From Alphaproteobacteria bacterium (GTDB lineage: Bacteria; Pseudomonadota; Alphaproteobacteria; CACIAM-22H2), in assembly GCA_016793045.1 (NCBI GenBank), contig JAEUKZ010000028.1, positions 484 through 64,483 on the forward strand: a DNA stretch of 64,000 nucleotides. The letters are read 5' to 3'. Below the pieces are notes generated by a model. The model was given only the letters and a program-made list of their open reading frames with translations, had not been told where the DNA came from and made no database searches. Shown piece after piece: positions 30,764 through 40,256 of the stretch; the stretch's first letter is position 1; each line of letters starts with the position of its first letter. Made by a program: the position numbers and the translations under genes.

Positions 30764-31267
30764 ATGCCGTCCATCGCGAATCTCGTCGCTGCGTTCACCG
30801 TCGGATGCGGCGTATTCTTCGGCGCGCAGGATCTGCGCGCCCAGTCGGTCGAGACGTGCTACCTCGCGCGGGCGGAAGTCGAAGCCGCCCTCGGCGCGCA
30901 AGTCCGCGATGAGCCGCCGCTCGAACGCGCCCAACCGAACGGATCGGCCTTCTGCACGTTCGCCATTCGACGTGTCTTGCGGGACTCGCGCTATCGCATC
31001 CTGTTCGTGCGCATCGACGTCCACGCCAACGAACGACAGGCGCGCGCGCGCGGCGTGCGCTGGATGTCCGGCACCGGCGAAATCCCGCGCGTGGCGATTG
31101 CGAACCTCGGCGACGAGGCCTGGTATGGCGGCATGACCGCCTTCCGCAAAGGCAGCACGACCGTGGTCGTCAATGCGACCGGCGATCTCGTCGCCAACGT
31201 CTCCGGCGCGCGCGACCGCGAGATCGAGGAACGCCTCGCCCGCCTGATCGGCGCCCGCCTGCCCTAG
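30764..31267 (+). CDS. Hypothetical exported protein (167 aa, 3 Cys)
   Basis: Internal ATG with GAGGGGAA RBS; N-terminal hydrophobic signal-like segment; divergent from patatin gene. Confidence 0.4.
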   Translation: MPSIANLVAAFTVGCGVFFGAQDLRAQSVETCYLARAEVEAALGAQVRDEPPLERAQPNGSAFCTFAIRRVLRDSRYRILFVRIDVHANERQARARGVRWMSGTGEIPRVAIANLGDEAWYGGMTAFRKGSTTVVVNATGDLVANVSGARDREIEERLARLIGARLP

Positions 31268-31302
31268 CCAGGCCGCCACCACCCTCTTCAAGGATATCCT
31301 CG

Positions 31303-32085
31303 ATGAGCCGCGCCGATCTTGACCAGCGCTACCTTGCCGCCGCCGCGATCGCCCGCGAAGCGGGCCTGCTCGCGCGCCGCTACTACGAGGACCCCAAGCT
31401 CCGCGCCATCGACTACAAGGGACCGCAGGATCACATCACTGCCGCGGACGGCGCGGTGGAAAAGCTCATCAAGCAGCGCCTCGGCGAAGCGTTTCCGTCC
31501 GACGACACGTTTGGCGAGGAAAGCGGCGGTCATTTCGGCGAGCGCGTCTGGGTCATAGACCCGATCGACGGCACCGCCAATTTCGGCCGCGACGTCGCTC
31601 ATTGGTGCGTCTCGATCGCCTATGTCGAGGCGGGCAAGATCGAGATCGGCGCGATCTACGCCCCGCTCACCGACGAACTGTTCATGGCCCGCCGCGGCGG
31701 CGGCGCCACCGTCAATGGCCGTCCCATGCGGGCGAGCCCGCAGACCGACATCCGGCGCTCGATCGTCGAGTGCGGCTGGTCGGCGCGCCGTCCGATGGCC
31801 GACTATCTGCGCGTGATCGACCGTGTCGTCGGCGCTGGCGGCGTCTTCCGCCGTGCGGGTTCGGGTGCGCTCGGGATTGCCTATGTCGCGGACGGTCGCG
31901 CCGAGGGCTACTGCGAGCTTCACATCAACTCGTGGGATGCCCTCGCCGGGATCGTCATGGTCACCGAGGCCGGCGGCTGGGTGAACGACTTTCTCGCCGG
32001 CGACGGCATGAGCAAGGGCAACGCGGTACTGTGCACCTGCCCGGGTCTCAAGGACGCGCTCGTGGACCTGACCGGCATCCGCTGA
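31303..32085 (+). CDS. Inositol-monophosphatase-family (SuhB/CysQ-fold) phosphatase
   Basis: IMPase motifs WVIDPIDGT and WDxAAG. Confidence 0.8.
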   Translation: MSRADLDQRYLAAAAIAREAGLLARRYYEDPKLRAIDYKGPQDHITAADGAVEKLIKQRLGEAFPSDDTFGEESGGHFGERVWVIDPIDGTANFGRDVAHWCVSIAYVEAGKIEIGAIYAPLTDELFMARRGGGATVNGRPMRASPQTDIRRSIVECGWSARRPMADYLRVIDRVVGAGGVFRRAGSGALGIAYVADGRAEGYCELHINSWDALAGIVMVTEAGGWVNDFLAGDGMSKGNAVLCTCPGLKDALVDLTGIR

Positions 32086-32214
32086 ACGCGGCGCGAGCGC
32101 CCCGCTCGCGATCTCGCGCTTGCACGCGTTGTAACATTAGTGCCACATTCCGCAACGTAAGCTGGCACGATGCAAAGTTGCGAAGCCAGCGACCCTTAAC
32201 GGGAGGAATCGAAC

Positions 32215-33267
32215 ATGCGTAGTCGTCGTGGCTTGCTTGCCACCTTGCTGTGCGGTCTCGCGACGGCCGGTTCGCTGGGTGCCGGGTCGGCGCATGCCCA
32301 GCAGCGCGGCTCGGGCGAAGTCGTCGTCTACTGCACCGTCCAGGAGGAATGGTGCCGTCCGATGATGGCAGCCTTCGAGCGCGAAACCGGCATCCGCGTC
32401 GCGATGACGCGCAAGAGCTCCGGCGAGTTCTATGCGCAGATCCGCGCCGAGGCCTCCAACCCGCGCGGCGACGTCTGGTGGGGCGGCACTGGCGACCCGC
32501 ACGTCCAGGCTGCGCAGGAGAACCTGACGCTCGAGTACCGCTCGCCGCTCCTGGCCGAACTGCACCCCTGGGCAGTGCGTCAGGCCGAGCAGACGAATTA
32601 CCGCACGGTCGGCATCTATTCGGGCGCTCTGGGCTACAGCTACAACGTCACGCAGCTTCAGCGCCGCAACCTCCCGGTGCCGCGTTGCTGGTCGGACCTC
32701 CTCAATCCCGCCTTCCGGGACGAGATCCAGGTCGCCGACCCGAATTCGTCGGGTACTGCCTACACGATGCTCGCGACCCTGGTGCAGATCATGGGCGAGG
32801 ATCCCGCCTTCACCTACATGCGCAACCTGCATCGCAATATCAATCAGTACACGCGCTCCGGGGCGGCGCCGGCGCGTTCAGCGGCGACCGGAGAAAGTCT
32901 GATCGGCATCACCTTCCTGCACGATGCGGTCACGCAGAAGGTCGGCGGCGCACCTGTCGAGATCGTGGCCCCCTGCGAGGGCACCGGCTACGAGATCGGT
33001 TCGATGTCCCTGATCCGAGGCGGCCCGAATCAGGAGAATGCACGGCGCTTCTACGACTGGGCCCTGACCGCGCAGGCGCAGGCGATCGGCGCGCAGGCGC
33101 GCGCCTACCAGCTGCCGTCGAACCGCAACGCGCCGATCCCGCCGGAAGCCCCGCGCTTCGAGAACATCCGTCTGATCGACTACAACTTCGCACGCTGGGG
33201 CGAGTCGTCCGTGCGCAATGCCCTGCTCGAGCGCTGGGGCCGCGAGGTTCGCCAGGCGCCTCGCTGA
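32215..33267 (+). CDS. ABC transporter periplasmic substrate-binding protein, FbpA/AfuA (iron(III)/sugar-phosphate) family, paralog 1
   Basis: Signal peptide; SBP family-1 fold features; about 65% identical to paralog at 35498. Confidence 0.8.
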   Translation: MRSRRGLLATLLCGLATAGSLGAGSAHAQQRGSGEVVVYCTVQEEWCRPMMAAFERETGIRVAMTRKSSGEFYAQIRAEASNPRGDVWWGGTGDPHVQAAQENLTLEYRSPLLAELHPWAVRQAEQTNYRTVGIYSGALGYSYNVTQLQRRNLPVPRCWSDLLNPAFRDEIQVADPNSSGTAYTMLATLVQIMGEDPAFTYMRNLHRNINQYTRSGAAPARSAATGESLIGITFLHDAVTQKVGGAPVEIVAPCEGTGYEIGSMSLIRGGPNQENARRFYDWALTAQAQAIGAQARAYQLPSNRNAPIPPEAPRFENIRLIDYNFARWGESSVRNALLERWGREVRQAPR

Positions 33268-35485
33268 ACGCAATCGCACCGGAGGAGCGCGGGCCATCAA
33301 GCGCAACGTCGCGATCTGCCTCGCCGCAGGGTGGCTCGGCTATGCCGTGCTGCCGTGGTACGGGGTCGGGCGCGACGGAATCCTCGCGCTCGCATGGCTC
33401 GCGACCTACCCCGATGCGGCGAGCGCGCCGGCGCTCGTCCAGGCCCTCGCCCACGGGCGCGCATGGCTCCTGCCGATCGGGCTCGCCCTTGCGTTGCCCC
33501 TCGCGACCTTGACCCTGCCGCGCGAGCATCCGGCCTTCGGCCGGCTGCTCGTCGCCGGCGGCGCACTCGGTCTGATCTTTGCCGCCATCGCTGGCTTCGG
33601 CATCATCAATAGCGGTCCTCGCTGGGGCTGGGTCGCCGCGATGTTCGGCGACGCGCGTCAGCCCGGCTTTGGCGTTGGCGCCGTGATCACGGTCGGGGCG
33701 TTGGTGATGCTGTTTGCGAACGGCATCGCGGCGCGCGGCAATTTCCGCGGCGATGCGTTCATCGCCGGCTCGCTCACGGTGATCGTCGCGCTCATCGCGA
33801 TGTTCGTCGCTTTTCCGGTCGCCGGCGTGCTGCTCAGCGCGGTCCAGGACGCGGACGGCAACTTCACGATCCAGCGCTTCGTCGAACGCATTCTGGCCGA
33901 CAACGTGTGGGGCCTGGGCTGCATCGCCGGCGGGACGAGCTGCGGCGTCGCCTGGAACACGATTTTCCTCGGTATCCTCGCGGCCGTCTTCTCGACCGCG
34001 CTCGGCCTCGCGTTTGCGCTGATCGCGACCCGGACGACGTTCCGCTGGAAGAAGGGCCTGCGCGTCCTCACCATTCTGCCGATCATCACCCCGCCTTTCG
34101 TGATCAGCCTTGCGCTGATCATCCTGTTCGGCCGGACCGGCATCGTCACCGGCTGGCTCGGCGTGCTGTTCGACATCCCGCGTTCGCGCTGGCTATATGG
34201 CCTTCCCGGCGTACTGATCGCGCAGGTCCTGTCGTTCACCCCGGTCGCGTTCATGGTCCTCATCGGCGTCGTCGAGGGGATCAGCCCGTCGCTCGAAGAA
34301 GCGTCGCAGACGCTCGGCGCCAAGGCGGCCAAGACCTTCCGGACCGTGACGTGGCCGCTCATGCGCCCCGGCATTGCCAGTGCCCTGCTGCTCGGCTTCG
34401 TCGAGAGCCTTGCCGATTTCGGCAATCCGCTCGTCCTCGGCGGCAACTACGAGGTTCTGTCGACGCAGATCTACTTCGCGATCGTGGGCGCCGCGTACGA
34501 TCCCGGACGCGCCGCGATGCTCGCGGTTGTGTTGCTGTTCTTTACGCTCGGCGCCTTCTGGGTCCAGAACCGGTGGCTCGGCGAAACGAGCTACGTGACC
34601 GTGACCGGCAAGGGCGATGCCGGCCTCACGGCGGCACTGCCGCGCGGGGTGCGCTGGCTATGCTATGCGACGGCACTGCCTTGGGCGGTATTCACGCTCA
34701 CCATCTATGGGATCATCCTGGTTGGCGGCTTCGTGCACGACATGGGCCGCGGCGACATGACCTTCACCTGGCGCCACTATCTGACCGCCTTCCAGGTCGA
34801 GCAGACCGGGCACGGCCTGTTCTTCAGCGGCTCCGCCTGGCAGTCGTTCTTCACGACCATCCAGGTCTCCGCGATCGCGGCGCCACTCACCGCCGCCATC
34901 GGTCTGCTGACCGCCTGGCTCCTGGCGCGCCAGCGCTTCGCCGGCCGTCGCGCCTTCGAATTCGCAACGATGATGAGCTTCGCGATTCCCGGCACCGTGA
35001 TCGGCGTCGCCTACATCGTCGCCTTCAATGTCCCGCCGATCGAGATTACCGGTACCGGGATGATCCTGGTGATCTGCTTCGTGTTCCGCAACATGCCGGT
35101 CGGCACGCGCGCCGGCCTCGCAGCGCTCGCCCAGATCGACAAGAGCCTCGATGAGGCATCGCTGACGCTCGGCGGCCGCTCGGCGACCACTTTGTTCCGC
35201 GTCGTGCTGCCGCTGCTGCGCCCGGCCATCGTAGCGACGCTGGTCTTCAGCTTTGTCCATGCGATGACGGCGGTAAGCGCGATCATCTTCCTCGTGAGTG
35301 CGCGCTACAACATGGCGACCGCCTACATCGGCAGTCGCGTTGAAGCCGGCGAGTACGCCCTGGCGATCGCCTATTCTTCGGTTCTCATCGTCGTCATGCT
35401 GCTGTCGATCCTGCTGATCCAGTTCGCGGTCGGCCAGCGCAAGCTCGGACGCCGCGCGCCTGCTGTCAGCCTCGGCACGGCCTAA
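33218..35485 (+). CDS. Fused two-domain ABC transporter permease (FbpB/AfuB type)
   Basis: Two tandem BPD-transporter domains with EAA-like loops; no canonical start found after the SBP stop, so the ATG at 33218 (50-nt overlap) was kept. Confidence 0.75.
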   Translation: MPCSSAGAARFARRLAERNRTGGARAIKRNVAICLAAGWLGYAVLPWYGVGRDGILALAWLATYPDAASAPALVQALAHGRAWLLPIGLALALPLATLTLPREHPAFGRLLVAGGALGLIFAAIAGFGIINSGPRWGWVAAMFGDARQPGFGVGAVITVGALVMLFANGIAARGNFRGDAFIAGSLTVIVALIAMFVAFPVAGVLLSAVQDADGNFTIQRFVERILADNVWGLGCIAGGTSCGVAWNTIFLGILAAVFSTALGLAFALIATRTTFRWKKGLRVLTILPIITPPFVISLALIILFGRTGIVTGWLGVLFDIPRSRWLYGLPGVLIAQVLSFTPVAFMVLIGVVEGISPSLEEASQTLGAKAAKTFRTVTWPLMRPGIASALLLGFVESLADFGNPLVLGGNYEVLSTQIYFAIVGAAYDPGRAAMLAVVLLFFTLGAFWVQNRWLGETSYVTVTGKGDAGLTAALPRGVRWLCYATALPWAVFTLTIYGIILVGGFVHDMGRGDMTFTWRHYLTAFQVEQTGHGLFFSGSAWQSFFTTIQVSAIAAPLTAAIGLLTAWLLARQRFAGRRAFEFATMMSFAIPGTVIGVAYIVAFNVPPIEITGTGMILVICFVFRNMPVGTRAGLAALAQIDKSLDEASLTLGGRSATTLFRVVLPLLRPAIVATLVFSFVHAMTAVSAIIFLVSARYNMATAYIGSRVEAGEYALAIAYSSVLIVVMLLSILLIQFAVGQRKLGRRAPAVSLGTA

Positions 35486-35497
35486 GGGAGGGTATCT

Positions 35498-36520
35498 ATG
35501 CGGACCATTGCCATCCTCGCCATGCTTGCGGCCTTCCTGATCGCGCCCGGTCTGGCGCGTGCCCAGGGCGAAGTCGTCGTCTACTGCAGCGTGCTGGTCG
35601 ACTGGTGCAACCTGATGTCGCAGGAGTTCACCCGCGCCACCGGCATCCGCGTCGTGTTGACCCAGAAGGGGTCGGGCGAGACCTTCGCCCAGATCCGCGC
35701 GGAGGCGAACAATCCCCGCGGCGACGTCTGGTGGGGCGGCACCGGCGACCCGCATCTGCAGGCGGCAGAAGCCAACCTGACCGAGGAGTACCGCTCGCCC
35801 GCCCTGCCGCGCCTTCACGACTGGGCGCAGCGGCAGGCCCAGCAGTCGGGGTTCCGGACCGTCGGGATCTATGCGGGCGCGCTCGGCTTCACCTACAACA
35901 CCCAAGCTTTGGCGCGCGGGCGGATGCCCGAGCCGCGCTGCTGGCGCGACCTGCTGCAGCCGGCCTTCCGCGGCGAAGTGCAAATGTCCAATCCGCCGTC
36001 GTCGGGCACGGCCTATACTGCGCTTGCCACGCTCGTCCAGCTGTGGGGCGAGGAAGAGGCGTTCAACTACCTGCGCCAGCTTCACCGCCAGATCAACCAG
36101 TACACGCGCTCGGGGCCCGCGCCGTCGCGCAATGCCGCGCGCGGCGAGACCACGGTGGGCATCATGTTCCTGCACGATGCCGTCGCGGAAGCGATCGAGG
36201 GAGCACCGCTGCGGGTCGTAGCGCCGTGCGAGGGCACGGGGTACGAGATCGGCTCGATGTCGATCATCCGCGGCGGCCCCAATCGCGAGAATGCGCGGCG
36301 CTGGTACGAATTCGCGCTGACCCCGGCGGCCCAGGCGCTTGCGGTACGGGCGAAGTCCTACCAGATTCCCTCGCATCGCGATGCTCCGGTGCCGGAGCAG
36401 GCGCCACGCCTCGCGGACATCCGCCTGATCGACTACGACTTCGCGCGCTACGGCACGACCGCCGAGCGCAATCGCCTGATCCAGCGCTGGGAGCGCGAGG
36501 TCGGCAGCCAGCCTCGCTGA
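35498..36520 (+). CDS. ABC transporter periplasmic substrate-binding protein, FbpA/AfuA family, paralog 2
   Basis: Signal peptide; co-linear with paralog 1 including conserved N-terminal Cys pair and C-terminal ERW(G/E)REV motif. Confidence 0.8.
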   Translation: MRTIAILAMLAAFLIAPGLARAQGEVVVYCSVLVDWCNLMSQEFTRATGIRVVLTQKGSGETFAQIRAEANNPRGDVWWGGTGDPHLQAAEANLTEEYRSPALPRLHDWAQRQAQQSGFRTVGIYAGALGFTYNTQALARGRMPEPRCWRDLLQPAFRGEVQMSNPPSSGTAYTALATLVQLWGEEEAFNYLRQLHRQINQYTRSGPAPSRNAARGETTVGIMFLHDAVAEAIEGAPLRVVAPCEGTGYEIGSMSIIRGGPNRENARRWYEFALTPAAQALAVRAKSYQIPSHRDAPVPEQAPRLADIRLIDYDFARYGTTAERNRLIQRWEREVGSQPR

Positions 36521-36529
36521 ACAGAGCCA

Positions 36530-37603
36530 TTGCCCATGCCGAAGTCCGGTCCTTCATCCGTCGAATTTTCGGCCGTCACCAAGCGGTACGGAACGGTAAC
36601 AGCTGTCGACGCGGTGTCCTTCACGATCGAGCCGGGCACCTTGGTGACGCTGCTGGGGCCGTCGGGCTGCGGCAAGACGACCACACTGCGCCTGATCGCC
36701 GGGCTGGAGATCGCCAGCGAAGGGACGATCAGCATCGGCGGCCGCGATGTCACGCGCCTTTCCGCCGCGGATCGCAGCGTGAGCATGGTGTTTCAGTCCT
36801 ACGCGCTGTTTCCGCACATGTCGGTGCTCGACAACGTCGCCTATGGTCCGACCGTCTCGGGGCGGCGCAAAGCCGATGCGCGCGCGATGGCGCACGAGAA
36901 GCTCGACCTGCTCGGCCTCAAGGGCTTCGAAGGCCGGATGCCGTCGGAACTCTCGGGCGGACAGCAGCAGCGTGTGGCCGTCGCCCGTGCGCTGGTGCTC
37001 GAACCGGAGGTGCTGCTCTTCGACGAGCCGCTGTCCAATCTCGATGCCAAGCTGCGCCGCCGCGTGCGCGAGGACATCCGCGAACTGCAGCAGCGGCTGA
37101 ATCTCACCGTCGGCTACGTCACGCACGACCAGCAGGAGGCGCTTGCCGTCTCCGACCGCATCATCGTGATGTCGAATGCGCGCATCGCGCAATCAGGGCC
37201 GCCGCGCGAGCTGTACGAAGCGCCGGCCAATCCGTTCGTCGCCGACTTCATCGGCGACGCCAATCTGCTCGATGCCGAACTCCTGTCGGTGGAAGGGGCG
37301 CGCGCCCAGGTCCGCTTCGGCCCGGTCGTGCTTGACCTGCCGCACCGCGGTGCGGGCACCGGCGGGATCAAGCTTTCGATCCGGCCGGAGGCATTCCTGC
37401 TTTCCGCCACCCGTCCGAACCGGCCCTGCATTGCGGGCACCATCGCCAAGGCCGCCTATCTCGGCGCACACATGGAGTACAGCGTCACCACGGAGGGGGG
37501 CGAACTGTTCGTCGTCGATCGCGACGTGATGCGGCCCATCGCGGTCGGCTCAACGGTCTGGATCGACCTTGCCGACCATGGCGTGACGGTCGTCCCGGTC
37601 TGA
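36530..37603 (+). CDS. ABC transporter ATP-binding protein (FbpC/PotA-like, with C-terminal TOBE-like domain)
   Basis: Walker A GPSGCGKTT, LSGGQQQR, Walker B. Confidence 0.85.
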   Translation: MPMPKSGPSSVEFSAVTKRYGTVTAVDAVSFTIEPGTLVTLLGPSGCGKTTTLRLIAGLEIASEGTISIGGRDVTRLSAADRSVSMVFQSYALFPHMSVLDNVAYGPTVSGRRKADARAMAHEKLDLLGLKGFEGRMPSELSGGQQQRVAVARALVLEPEVLLFDEPLSNLDAKLRRRVREDIRELQQRLNLTVGYVTHDQQEALAVSDRIIVMSNARIAQSGPPRELYEAPANPFVADFIGDANLLDAELLSVEGARAQVRFGPVVLDLPHRGAGTGGIKLSIRPEAFLLSATRPNRPCIAGTIAKAAYLGAHMEYSVTTEGGELFVVDRDVMRPIAVGSTVWIDLADHGVTVVPV

Positions 37604-37667
37604 GCCAGGTCCGCCGGGCAGGCGCTTCTCCCCCGCACCCCGGCGGTCCAAGATCGCGGCCACGATC

Positions 37668-39254
37668 ATGGACGCACTCTCATCGGCCCGACTCTCGCTT
37701 CGCTCCGCCCTCCCGCTGGCGGTGCTCTACGTCCTTGTGATCTGGGCGAGCTATGCGGCCGGCTTCGATGAAGATGAGATCATTCCGATCTGGCCGGCGG
37801 CCGGCATCCTGATCTATGCCGCGTTCCGCTTTGGCTGGCCCGGCCTGATTCTTTTCGGTGCCCTCGACTTCGCGGCCGCTCAACTTGCCTTGCCGAGCCA
37901 CGAGCCAGCGCCGCTGATCGATGCGCTGTTCGCGCTCGCCAACATCGCGGCCGTCGCCGCCACCATGGCCTTGCCTGGCGCACGAGCGGCGTTCTTTGCC
38001 ATGTTCGAACGTTCGCGGGCGATGCTGTGGGTCCTCGCCGCGGCGGCCTCGCTATCGAGCGGCCTGTCCGCACTTCTCGCGCTCGCCATTCTGCGCACGC
38101 TGTCCGCCTTCGCCCTCGCCCCCGAGCCGTTGCTGTGGGAGGTCGGGCTGCGCTGGTTTCTGTCCGACTACGTCGGGACGGTGATCGCCGCACCGCTGCT
38201 GCTGGCATGGTCGCGCCACCGTGGTGAAGGCGGTGCGACGATGTCGGTTCACCTGGCCTGTGCGGCTGTCGCGGTCGCGGTCATGCTCGCCCTCACGGTG
38301 CTGATCCCGCTGCCACCCGGCGCCTCGCGATTCTCCCTTCTGCTGGGACTTTCCCCATTGCTGCTCTGGGCGGCGTTGACGACGAGCCCGCTCGGTCTCA
38401 CCGCGCTGCTGGCCGTCACCGGCACCGGCGCCGCGGCCCTGACGATCGAAGTGATCGGGCCTGCATCGGGGATGCGGCCGGAAACCGCGATCCTGGTCGT
38501 CCAGGCCTATCTGCTCGCAGCCGCCTTGTCGGCACTCGTGGTCCTGGTCAGCCGCCGCGAACAGACGCGGCTCGCCTACGAACGCGGCAATCTCGCGCGC
38601 TTCTTCTCCCCCCGCGTCGTCGAACTGGTCGCCGCCGGGTTCGAGGAGGCCGGGCGTGATCGCGTGCAGGACGTCGCGGTGCTGTTCATCGACATCCGGG
38701 GCTTCACGGGCTTCGCGGAAACCGAAGCGCCCGCCCGCGTGATGAGCGTCCTGCGCGGCTTCGCAGCGCGCGTCGAGACCCGCGTCTTCGACCACGACGG
38801 CACGCTCGACAAGTACCTCGGCGACGGGGTCATGGCGACGTTCGGCGTTCCGAAGGCGAGCGTCGCCGACGCCCGCAACGCGCTCGCCTGCGCGCGCGGC
38901 CTGCTCGAAGACGTCGCCGAATGGAACCGCGAACGAACCACGGGCGGCGAACCGCCGATCGAGGTCGGGATCGGCATCCACCTCGGCCCCGTGGTGCTTG
39001 GAACGATCGGCAGCGAGCGGACGAAGTCGCTCTCGGTGCTCGGCGACACCGTCAACACAGCATCGCGGCTGCAGGCACTGTCGCGCGAACTCGGTACGCA
39101 GCTGGTGACGAGCGGCGACGTCGTCAACGCCGTTCGCGCGGAGGCCGAGCCAGGCGCGCAGACACTTCTCGCGGGGCTGCGATCCGCCGGCGCGCGCCCG
39201 GTCCGCGGGCGCAGCGCGGCGACGGAGATCTGGATTCTCGACGAAACGCGCTGA
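37668..39254 (+). CDS. MASE1-like membrane sensor fused to class III adenylate/guanylate cyclase domain
   Basis: About 300 aa polytopic N-terminal region, C-terminal CHD motifs (FIDIRGFT, KYLGDG, GDTVNTASR). Confidence 0.75.
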   Translation: MDALSSARLSLRSALPLAVLYVLVIWASYAAGFDEDEIIPIWPAAGILIYAAFRFGWPGLILFGALDFAAAQLALPSHEPAPLIDALFALANIAAVAATMALPGARAAFFAMFERSRAMLWVLAAAASLSSGLSALLALAILRTLSAFALAPEPLLWEVGLRWFLSDYVGTVIAAPLLLAWSRHRGEGGATMSVHLACAAVAVAVMLALTVLIPLPPGASRFSLLLGLSPLLLWAALTTSPLGLTALLAVTGTGAAALTIEVIGPASGMRPETAILVVQAYLLAAALSALVVLVSRREQTRLAYERGNLARFFSPRVVELVAAGFEEAGRDRVQDVAVLFIDIRGFTGFAETEAPARVMSVLRGFAARVETRVFDHDGTLDKYLGDGVMATFGVPKASVADARNALACARGLLEDVAEWNRERTTGGEPPIEVGIGIHLGPVVLGTIGSERTKSLSVLGDTVNTASRLQALSRELGTQLVTSGDVVNAVRAEAEPGAQTLLAGLRSAGARPVRGRSAATEIWILDETR

Positions 39255-40142
39255 TCACAGCCCCGCCCGTGCCGCCTCCCGGCGAAGGTAGTCGTTCCCC
39301 ATCCGCGCATAGGTGAGCGGATGCGCCTTGGCCGGGTCCTGCTCGGCCTCGACGACCAGCCATCCCGCGTAGCGCCGCTTGGCGAGCACGGCGAAGAGGC
39401 TCGGATAGTCGACGATCCCGTCGCCTGGCACCGTGAAGACGCCGGCCAGGACCGCCTTGAGGAACGGCCAGTCCGCAGCCTTTGCCTGCTCCAGGACTCC
39501 GCGGCGGATGTCCTTGCAGTGGACGTGCACGATCCGGCCCGCATGCTGCTTCGCGCACGCGAGCGGGTCACCGCCGGCGTAGGTGAGATGACCCGTGTCG
39601 AGGAGCAGCCCCACCTCCGGTCCAGTCGACGCCATCAGCCGATCGATCTCGCCCGCTGTCTCGACCACCGTCCCCATGTGATGATGGTAGGCCAGCGCGA
39701 CGCCCTGCCCGGCGAGATAGCGCGCGACCTCGCCGATGCGGCTCGTGAACTGCGTCCACTCGGCGTCGCTCATCCGCGGCCGCTGCGACAGCGGCGTGCC
39801 CTTCTCGCCATGGACGGCGCCTGACACTTCGGCGAAGACCATCGCTGTGCAGCCCATCGCCTTGTGCAGCGCGAGATGGTCCTGCATCGCCGCGATCTCC
39901 GCGGCCGCATCGCGCTCACGCAGCCGTGCGCTGTACCAGCCCGACACGACCGCGAGCCCGTGCCGCGCCATGATCGGGCGCAGCAGGTCAGCCTTGCGCG
40001 GGAACTTGTTGCCAAGTTCCATGCCGTCATAGCCCGCCTGCTTCGCCTCCGACAGGCAGGTTTCGAGCGGCGTATCGCCGCCCAGTTCCGGCATGTCGTC
40101 GTTGGTCCAGGTCAGCGGGTTGATCCCGATCCGCACGGCCAT
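39255..40142 (-). CDS. iolE: Sugar-phosphate isomerase/epimerase (xylose-isomerase-like TIM barrel), IolE-like inosose dehydratase
   Basis: N-terminus RIGINPLTWTNDD and overall length typical of IolE. Confidence 0.7.
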   Translation of the reverse strand: MAVRIGINPLTWTNDDMPELGGDTPLETCLSEAKQAGYDGMELGNKFPRKADLLRPIMARHGLAVVSGWYSARLRERDAAAEIAAMQDHLALHKAMGCTAMVFAEVSGAVHGEKGTPLSQRPRMSDAEWTQFTSRIGEVARYLAGQGVALAYHHHMGTVVETAGEIDRLMASTGPEVGLLLDTGHLTYAGGDPLACAKQHAGRIVHVHCKDIRRGVLEQAKAADWPFLKAVLAGVFTVPGDGIVDYPSLFAVLAKRRYAGWLVVEAEQDPAKAHPLTYARMGNDYLRREAARAGL

Positions 40143-40256
40143 GACGGCTCTCTCCCTAGGTGTTTGGCCTTGACGCGCCGCGCACGTTACGGACTTATGA
40201 CGCCGCCAACAAGGGCGTTCGGCCCTGCAGGAAATGCCCAGGAATCAGAGGACGCG

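Noticed and set aside
32160-32190. Possible sigma54 promoter (TGGCACG ... TTGC) upstream of the first SBP gene
   Set aside because: Spacing between the GG and GC elements does not fit the -24/-12 consensus (8 nt instead of 4). Treated only as an inverted repeat.
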